Source: a virus
Taxonomy: Duplodnaviria > Caudoviricetes
DNA length: 47,964 nucleotides
Virus record (IMG/VR): IMGVR_UViG_3300005573_000016
Coordinates: 1-47,964 of that record
Direction: 5' to 3' (one strand)
Position 1 is the stretch's first letter, and the number at the start of each line of letters is the position of its first letter. The translations under genes and the position numbers were made by a program. Positions 42,337-47,964 of the stretch are shown here, piece after piece. The notes beneath the pieces were generated by a model. The model was not told the origin of the DNA, ran no database searches, and saw only the letters and a list, made by a program, of their open reading frames with translations.

Positions 42337-43047
42337 TCAGTCTGGTTCGGCCACGGCCACCCAGCGGCCAGCCGTGGTCCGGCGGTAGGCCTTGAACCTC
42401 CCCCAGCTCGCGTTGCGCCACTGCCCAAGCCCGGTCAGCGCCCCGTAAGCGAACAGCTGATCGAGTTCGGCTTCCGTTAGCTTCCCGGCAACGACGCGGA
42501 GCTCGAATTCCAACGTCGCACCCTCCCGAACAATGTCGGACCTTGCTAGGCTCACACGTGGGCCCAGCGCCGTCATGGCGCGAAGCGGCCTCTCCAGCGC
42601 ACCTTCCGGTTCCACGATGGGCTTACCGTCGCGCTGGAACCGGATCTTCCTCGGAAACGGGAACACATACTGGTCGACCACGCTCGCCGTAAGCCCAATC
42701 TCCTTGCGCTTTCCCTGGACCTTCAGGCCAAGAGGCTGGGCGGCGCTCTTCAAAAACCCCCTGATCCAGTAGTCGTACACGAAGATTCCCTTTTCGTCGC
42801 GGTGAAACACAGTGTACCCAGGCCTCAACCCCTCTTCATCCTCAGGAAGAGTACCTGACTCTGCCCGGATAGCCTCTTCAGTTGTATGGACATCCGGGCG
42901 GAGACTTCCATCCTCCCTGAACGCCTTGGCCGCAATGTATCGCGAATACACGTTTGCATCCGCGGCAGCCGTTCCAAGAACCGGCTCCAGGAACTCCAGC
43001 CGGTACGGAATCACATCGAGTCCCAACACTTCCGCCACAGTCGGCAT
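42337..43047 (-). CDS. Stand-alone Cas7/Csm3-like RAMP protein (236 aa)
   Basis: YRLEFLEPVLGT first strand, IRGFLKSAA helix, GATLEFEL strand, Gly-rich loop YGALTGLGQWRNASWGRF; ATG 43047 after GAGGAGG. Confidence 0.8.
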   Translation of the reverse strand: MPTVAEVLGLDVIPYRLEFLEPVLGTAAADANVYSRYIAAKAFREDGSLRPDVHTTEEAIRAESGTLPEDEEGLRPGYTVFHRDEKGIFVYDYWIRGFLKSAAQPLGLKVQGKRKEIGLTASVVDQYVFPFPRKIRFQRDGKPIVEPEGALERPLRAMTALGPRVSLARSDIVREGATLEFELRVVAGKLTEAELDQLFAYGALTGLGQWRNASWGRFKAYRRTTAGRWVAVAEPD

Positions 43048-43069
43048 TGGATCCCCCTCCTCGTTCGTT

Positions 43070-43381
43070 TCACCTGGCACCCTTCCCCCGCTTACGCCAT
43101 CTAACCCACCTCCAATCGAGAGGCCAACAGGTGACTGCCGTCCACCCGGCATCCGACACCACCAGGACCCACACCCCGTAGTACCCAACGGCCACCCACT
43201 GCCCAGCGTTCCTACGCCTGCGCCGCATGCCCGCCCACAAACTCCGGACAAGGGCCGCCTCTGCATCGCGCCGTGCATCTTCGGGGCGGAGCCTGAGCCG
43301 CTGGCGGGCGCGCCACATCGCATGGCCCGTGATGGACACGCGGGCTGGAATTCTTCCCTGCGCCCCCTGCCAGCGACCCAT
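43070..43381 (-). CDS. Small basic protein, RelE/BECR-fold-like
   Basis: ITGHAMWRARQR...WVLVV....TAVTCWP pattern. Confidence 0.55.
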   Translation of the reverse strand: MGRWQGAQGRIPARVSITGHAMWRARQRLRLRPEDARRDAEAALVRSLWAGMRRRRRNAGQWVAVGYYGVWVLVVSDAGWTAVTCWPLDWRWVRWRKRGKGAR

Positions 43382-43387
43382 CCTGCC

Positions 43388-44749
43388 TCACCCCCCTCCC
43401 ATGACCTCGCGCTCTTCGCGGTGCCTGCGCAGAATGGTCTCGTTGTCGACGAGTGTCTGCGACATGGGATCGAACCCGCACCCTACGCGCGCCACAGGCC
43501 CGTCCCTGTTTTTCGCCACGATGAGGTCTGTCGGGATGATGGCCGTGGGATCGGCATCCTGGTCCTCCTCACCCTTGGGCCGGTGGAGAAACACCACCAC
43601 GTCGGCGTCCTGCTCGATCGCCCCAGACTCCCGAAGATGCCGCATCTCCGGCTCTTGCCCGTCTTCGGCGCTTCGGCTGAGCTGCGCGAGAGCCAGGACC
43701 GGAACCCGCATGTCGAGCGCCAGGAGCTTGAGGCCTCGGCTCACCGCCGCAACCCGCTCTTCGCGCGTTGCTCGAGCTTCCATGCGGTCGAGTGCCAGAA
43801 GCTGCATGTAGTCCACCACCACGAGCCCGACGGAACCGTACCGGCGGGCGGTCCGCATGACCGCGACCCGCAGGGCATCCACGGTCCGGCTCCGGTCGTC
43901 CACCACCACCTGCGTCGTTGCGATCTTGCCTACGGCCTGGCGCAGGCGGTCCAGCTCGCCGTCGAAGAGAGCCCCCTGCCGGATGCGGGGAACCGGCACC
44001 AGGGCGGCCGACCCGAGGGCCTTTCTCCCTAGACGCTGGGCCGGTACCTCCGCGCTCGCGAAGTGCACCGGCACGTCCTGCAGCTGCGAGATTTGAAGTG
44101 CGAACGACGTCTTCCCCCGGCTTGTGCGTGCCGCAAGGACCCACACGTCGCCAGGCCCGAGTCCGCCCGTGAGGGCATCCAGCGGGGCTATGCCCGTGGG
44201 GAGGCCAAGCGACGCTGGTACGCGGTTGTGCGCTCTGGCCTCGTACGCTTCCTCGGCCTCTGCCAGGACGACTTCCGCGACCTCAGCGAGCGTTGGGTAG
44301 CGGTCGGAGCCGTACGCCTGCGTGTGGGCGAGCGCGTCCTGCATGAGCGCTATGGCCTCGTCCGCGCTCTTCCCTGCCGCCTCCCAGGCCTTCGCCAGGG
44401 ACTCCATCACCATGCGGCGCCTGCTCAGCTCCACAAGCGCGTCCACGGCGCGCGCCAGTTCCCAACCGCCCAAGTCGTCCCGAACCAGCGACAGCACCTG
44501 GCTCACGGTCCACGGCGCCCCAAGGCGCTGTGCGACCTCCGGCACGGTAGGTTTCACGCCGGAAAGCACCATCTCGCGGATGACGCGCCAGACGGGCGCC
44601 AGCCTACCTCGCACCCCGTCGTCGCCGACGCTCTCCACGGCCACCTGGACAAGCTGCTGCACGGTGCCGTCCAGGCAATAGCCAACCAGCATTGCCTCCA
44701 GCTCCTCGTCGGGCGGAACCGGAACCGGAACCGGACGCCTAGATGCCAC
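43388..44749 (-). CDS. dnaB: DnaB-like replicative helicase
   Basis: GLPTGIAPLDALTGG, LAARTSRGKTSFA, VVVDYMQL, LAQLSR, LRESGAIEQDADVV, VAKNRDGP. Confidence 0.95.
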   Translation of the reverse strand: MASRRPVPVPVPPDEELEAMLVGYCLDGTVQQLVQVAVESVGDDGVRGRLAPVWRVIREMVLSGVKPTVPEVAQRLGAPWTVSQVLSLVRDDLGGWELARAVDALVELSRRRMVMESLAKAWEAAGKSADEAIALMQDALAHTQAYGSDRYPTLAEVAEVVLAEAEEAYEARAHNRVPASLGLPTGIAPLDALTGGLGPGDVWVLAARTSRGKTSFALQISQLQDVPVHFASAEVPAQRLGRKALGSAALVPVPRIRQGALFDGELDRLRQAVGKIATTQVVVDDRSRTVDALRVAVMRTARRYGSVGLVVVDYMQLLALDRMEARATREERVAAVSRGLKLLALDMRVPVLALAQLSRSAEDGQEPEMRHLRESGAIEQDADVVVFLHRPKGEEDQDADPTAIIPTDLIVAKNRDGPVARVGCGFDPMSQTLVDNETILRRHREEREVMGGG

Positions 44750-45848
44750 CTGGACCCCTCCCTCCACGGATCGCCACGAGCCTGGCCTTCCCGGACGTTG
44801 AGCCATCCGGCGGGCCAGGCCCAGGGCTTGGCAGGGACGAGGGCATCAGTCCAAGCTCCTCGGGCGTGCGGTACCGGCTGCGACGCCCGGGCCTTCCCGT
44901 CGTGGGCGGCCCTCCGTCGCCGGCCTGGCATGCCGCGACGACCTCCGGATAGCGGGCCGGAGCTAAGAGCTTGCCCACAAAGAACCGCCGCCGGTACGGC
45001 TCCAAGGCCCACACGGCAGCCTTGGAGGCCAGTTCCGGCGTAACCTTCGCCCCTTGCAGGAGCCCGTGCACGACGTGGCACATGCGCGGGTACCAGTCGC
45101 CTGGCCGTGCGGTGATGCCTGCGGCTGTCATGGCTTCGGAGATCTCGCCCACGACGCGCCTCGTGTCTGGATCAGCCATGGACGCGTTCTTGACCGCAGA
45201 CGCCTTCCGCCGACGCTTCACCGGCGCTTTTTCGGAAGCCGTGGCTTGCTCGCTGCCGTGTTCAGACACGTCAGGGCCCCCGGCCGCGTCAGCGGGCGGA
45301 ATGCGATCCGGATCCGTAGTCTTAGCTTTTATGCTTACCCCTTCGCTAGGTGCAACATCTTCCTGGTTTTGAGTAGGGGTAGTGGAAAGAGAATGGGAAA
45401 GGGAAAGGGAAAGGGAAGCGCGGTTTTGCGCCGAAGTCGGCGCAGTCTGGCGCATTGCGCTGGTTTGCGCTGGTTTGCGCTGGTTCGCGCCAGTCCTGGA
45501 AAGCCACTCGGCGAGCGGGCAGTCGCGGCGCCGGGACTCGCTGACATAGGCCTGGTATCGGTAGAAGGCGTCGACGGGGAAGGCCAGCTTCCCCCCTGCC
45601 CGCTCGATGAGGCCAAGGCGCTCCATGGCGTCCAGGGCCTCGGCCACGTCCTCCGGCGTCTTGTCGCGGCGGCCCGGGAACACCGTGTCCAAAAGCTCCT
45701 CCGGGTCGCCGTTGAGGATGCCGTAGTCATCGGCGTGCGGGATCATCCAGGTGTAGAGGAGCGCCGCGAAGTCCCCTGCCTTCATCGCCAGGTGCTTCAC
45801 GTCCTTGTCCACGCTGATGTCGCTTGAGATGTACCGCCTGCGGCCCAT
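44739..45848 (-). CDS. Phage replication initiator (replisome organiser)
   Basis: RRYISSDI...LLYTWMIPHADDYG winged-helix-type N-terminus, low-complexity linker with repeats, directly upstream of dnaB. Confidence 0.8.
   Translation of the reverse strand: MGRRRYISSDISVDKDVKHLAMKAGDFAALLYTWMIPHADDYGILNGDPEELLDTVFPGRRDKTPEDVAEALDAMERLGLIERAGGKLAFPVDAFYRYQAYVSESRRRDCPLAEWLSRTGANQRKPAQTSAMRQTAPTSAQNRASLSLSLSHSLSTTPTQNQEDVAPSEGVSIKAKTTDPDRIPPADAAGGPDVSEHGSEQATASEKAPVKRRRKASAVKNASMADPDTRRVVGEISEAMTAAGITARPGDWYPRMCHVVHGLLQGAKVTPELASKAAVWALEPYRRRFFVGKLLAPARYPEVVAACQAGDGGPPTTGRPGRRSRYRTPEELGLMPSSLPSPGPGPPDGSTSGKARLVAIRGGRGPGGI
45395..45494. repeat. Iteron-like repeats inside the initiator gene: GGGAAA x about 4 and TTGCGCTGGT x3 plus one degenerate copy
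   Basis: 45395-45417 and 45455-45494. Confidence 0.7.
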
Positions 45849-45864
45849 GATCTTCCCCCTACCC

Positions 45865-46047
45865 CTACTTCGCGCGATGCTGTCCCCTGCTCGACCAAAG
45901 CCTCACGGCTGCATCCAGGAGCCGGTCCACCAGCTCCCCTGGTGCCTCATAGGGACCGCCCATCCGGGCGACCGCACGGGTGAGGGAGGCGACCTCCCTT
46001 TCCACCTGCAGGGTGTCATCGCACTGGATCCGAACGCCCGGCTCCAC
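45865..46047 (-). CDS. Small hypothetical protein
   Basis: 60 aa in a packed operon. Confidence 0.55.
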   Translation of the reverse strand: MEPGVRIQCDDTLQVEREVASLTRAVARMGGPYEAPGELVDRLLDAAVRLWSSRGQHRAK

Positions 46048-46053
46048 CCGTAC

Positions 46054-46245
46054 CTACCCCCTAAGCGCGACAGCCAGAAGCCAAGCGCCGCAGAACACCG
46101 CAACGCTCGCAGACGCAATGCCAAGCACCGCTAGCCATCCCGTGGCGTCCTCGTATCCGCCGTCATTTGCCTCGCGGAAGAGAAGGAAAAACACAAGGGT
46201 GGAAAGGATGGCAAACAGCATCGAAACGAAGAGCGTGTGCGTCAT
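46054..46245 (-). CDS. Small two-TM membrane protein
   Basis: ATG 46245 (ATGA overlap, GGAGG RBS); two hydrophobic helices. Confidence 0.65.
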   Translation of the reverse strand: MTHTLFVSMLFAILSTLVFFLLFREANDGGYEDATGWLAVLGIASASVAVFCGAWLLAVALRG

Positions 46246-46442
46246 GGCCGCGGCCTCCACCCGGGCGGATGTGAGGGCCAGGTGCCGTTGACCCTTACCT
46301 CGGGAACGGCCGTGAGGCGGGTTCTTGGCTGCGGCAACGGTCTTGCGCACTCGGGGTGCGCGTACCCGTAGCGGGTCACGACGCCATCCCCCATGGCGAT
46401 CCGGCGACGGCATATCCAGCATCGGCCCGTGGTGCGTTCCAT
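46242..46442 (-). CDS. Small zinc-finger-like protein
   Basis: CWIC...HPEC; AGGGG RBS. Confidence 0.65.
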   Translation of the reverse strand: MERTTGRCWICRRRIAMGDGVVTRYGYAHPECARPLPQPRTRLTAVPEVRVNGTWPSHPPGWRPRP

Positions 46443-46455
46443 GTGCCCTACCCCC

Positions 46456-47502
46456 TTAGTCGCCTTTTTCCTGATTGCTGCCCTGGAGCTTGCGTACCAG
46501 CTGGTCCTTCTGCCTCGACAACCTGTCGATCTCTTTCGTGATCGTGGATTGCTTAGTTCCGTCGGCCAATTCCTGAGACAATTGAGTAGGAACGACCATG
46601 TCTACACGCAGGCCTAACTTAAACTCTGACACGGCACCGAGGCCGAAGCTCGACAACTCAGTGATAAACGCCCGTGCTTCATCGGAGCTGATGTTCTTAG
46701 GCAACGGGACGAGTGGGACCAAGTAATCCCGCCCACCTGCCGATATAAATATGGAGCGACTAACGTGTTCAAATAACGGGTGCGAAACTAACCTGTTAGC
46801 CGTGCGCAATTCATTTCTAAAATAGTTGATGCTGTAAGTTAGTTCTCTGACCTTGCTTTCCACATCCTGCCTACATTCTTGGCAAAGTTCTTCTGGGATA
46901 ACAGACCGATTGGTCTTCAGTGGCTTTACCAGGTCGAGCGTTAGAACAACATTCGCATGAACCTCCACCCACGGGATGCCAGAATCAGCTAGGTCATAGG
47001 CTTTGTCTGCATCTACCTTGTGCGAATGGAGAATCTCAACGTCAAGAACTGGGGTTCCTGTACCTGCATCGAGCAGCACAACATCGCCAATCCTGCCGTT
47101 GGGAAACCGGTACTCCATCTTAGCCTTGACGTTTGATAAAGAGACAACATGGTACCACCCAGGCTCGTTAGTACCTTTCAGAGACCCAACAAGGTGATGA
47201 GGGTAGTAGACGACAAAGGACAACTGGCCGTTCACCTGAACGTGCTGGGCTAGGAGGTTCTTGGCGGTAATGTGCTCCACGCTTTCGCCTGCGGGAATAT
47301 GGCACTCCTGCCCGTGACGGTGCGCGAAGTGCGGGCGTTTGTACTCACCCCTACGTAGGATCAGCGGCTGATCGCATCCTAGGCACCTGTACACGATGCT
47401 GCGATCAGTTGCCAATCGAGCCAGCGCCACTTCGCCCTGCGGGCCCTTGGCGGCAGGCCACAGCAGGCCTTGGTCTTCCTTACTTACCGTGTCCACAGCC
47501 AT
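46456..47502 (-). CDS. CoiA-like protein (Zn-finger plus PD-(D/E)XK-type nuclease domain)
   Basis: YRCLGC..PLILRRG...RPHFAH...C...GESVEH..AK, EY....RIGDV, VEILHSH; ATG 47502 after GGGAGG. Confidence 0.75.
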   Translation of the reverse strand: MAVDTVSKEDQGLLWPAAKGPQGEVALARLATDRSIVYRCLGCDQPLILRRGEYKRPHFAHRHGQECHIPAGESVEHITAKNLLAQHVQVNGQLSFVVYYPHHLVGSLKGTNEPGWYHVVSLSNVKAKMEYRFPNGRIGDVVLLDAGTGTPVLDVEILHSHKVDADKAYDLADSGIPWVEVHANVVLTLDLVKPLKTNRSVIPEELCQECRQDVESKVRELTYSINYFRNELRTANRLVSHPLFEHVSRSIFISAGGRDYLVPLVPLPKNISSDEARAFITELSSFGLGAVSEFKLGLRVDMVVPTQLSQELADGTKQSTITKEIDRLSRQKDQLVRKLQGSNQEKGD

Positions 47503-47651
47503 CCAAGGACCCCTCCCAGCATCACAACTCCGACCAGCCCAAGTCCAAAGCCAAGTCCTTCGGCCCAGTCGCGGGCCCATGGGCGAAGGCGGTACCGATG
47601 CCGGCGGCGGACACGGCGCTCGATTCGATCGAGCCGAGCGAGGGGGGTCAT
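47484..47651 (-). CDS. Small Arg-rich protein with C-terminal TM (55 aa); not in the ORF track
   Basis: MTPLARLDRIERR...GLGFGLGLVGVVMLGGVLGWLW; ATGA overlap with the upstream stop. Confidence 0.6.
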   Translation of the reverse strand: MTPLARLDRIERRVRRRHRYRLRPWARDWAEGLGFGLGLVGVVMLGGVLGWLWTR

Positions 47652-47926
47652 GGCCGCGTCGCCGCGCGGCGCTCGCTCTTGGCCGCTACGGCGTCCGCCT
47701 CCTTGCCGGCAAAGGCCAAGAGAGCCTTGATCGCCGCGATCGGCCTGGGCCCGTAACCGTAAAGCCAGTCGAGGTCGTCTGCGTCGTCGAGCGCGGCCCG
47801 AAGCTGAGCCTCTGCCTCAACCATGTGCTCCGTGAAACATCTCAGGAGGGAGAGATCGGGGCCACTCGGCATTTCGGCCGCATGCCTCATGCGCATCCCG
47901 CCCTGGTCGCCCTGATTTTGGCTCAT
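47648..47926 (-). CDS. Hypothetical protein starting inside the terminal repeat
   Basis: Its ATG overlaps the TGA of ORF 80-568 once the contig is circularised. Confidence 0.7.
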   Translation of the reverse strand: MSQNQGDQGGMRMRHAAEMPSGPDLSLLRCFTEHMVEAEAQLRAALDDADDLDWLYGYGPRPIAAIKALLAFAGKEADAVAAKSERRAATRP

Positions 47927-47964
47927 TGTTCCCGCTTCCTCTCCTCAACGCGTGCGCGCTTCCG
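47844..47964 (+). repeat. Terminal direct repeat, right copy
   Basis: Identical to 1-121. Confidence 0.97.

Larger units (their letters stand above)
1..47964. mobile_element. Complete temperate (integrative) bacterial virus genome, excised/circular form, apparently tailless
   Basis: Terminal 121-nt redundancy, integrase next to attP, CI/Cro switch, RecT/YqaJ, DnaB, RusA, endolysin, holin-like gene and a structural gene block; no host housekeeping genes seen. Confidence 0.9.

Noticed and set aside
41332-42480. ORFs over the periodic region (41332-41826, 41474-42001, 42029-42388, 42218-42421, 5' part of 40989-41579)
   Set aside because: Low-complexity translations on both strands with no convincing RBS or motifs; the 5-nt periodicity argues against coding.

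Overview
The window is an essentially complete, circularly assembled genome (about 47.84 kb; bases 1-121 are repeated at 47844-47964) of a GC-rich temperate bacterial virus in its excised form. Lysogeny and recombination: tyrosine integrase, attP matching the 3' half of a tRNA-Ala(GGC), divergent CI/Cro-like HTH switch, excisionase, YqaJ/RecT pair. Replication: initiator, DnaB-like helicase, RusA-like resolvase. Other modules: a leftward accessory cassette (ArdC etc.), a second tyrosine recombinase, lysis genes, and a long leftward structural region. That region has no recognisable terminase, portal, HK97 capsid or tail genes; it encodes beta-rich candidate jelly-roll capsid proteins and many single-pass membrane proteins, which suggests a tailless, membrane-containing virion (inference). 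The most striking signal is a stand-alone Cas7/RAMP-like gene (42337-43047) followed directly by about 1.04 kb of apparently non-coding DNA with a G at every fifth base of the coding strand, organised mostly in 26-nt (GNNNN)5G blocks: a candidate non-CRISPR RNA-guided system. Also notable: an intein in the helicase DExH motif whose Vsr/DUF559-like endonuclease is encoded in a different reading frame with its own RBS; five co-varying intergenic hairpins placed just after UAG stops; a non-splicing Hint protein; proteases of four catalytic classes; and Rex/CRP-like boxes in the main non-coding region. All protein calls come from motif recognition by eye, not database searches.
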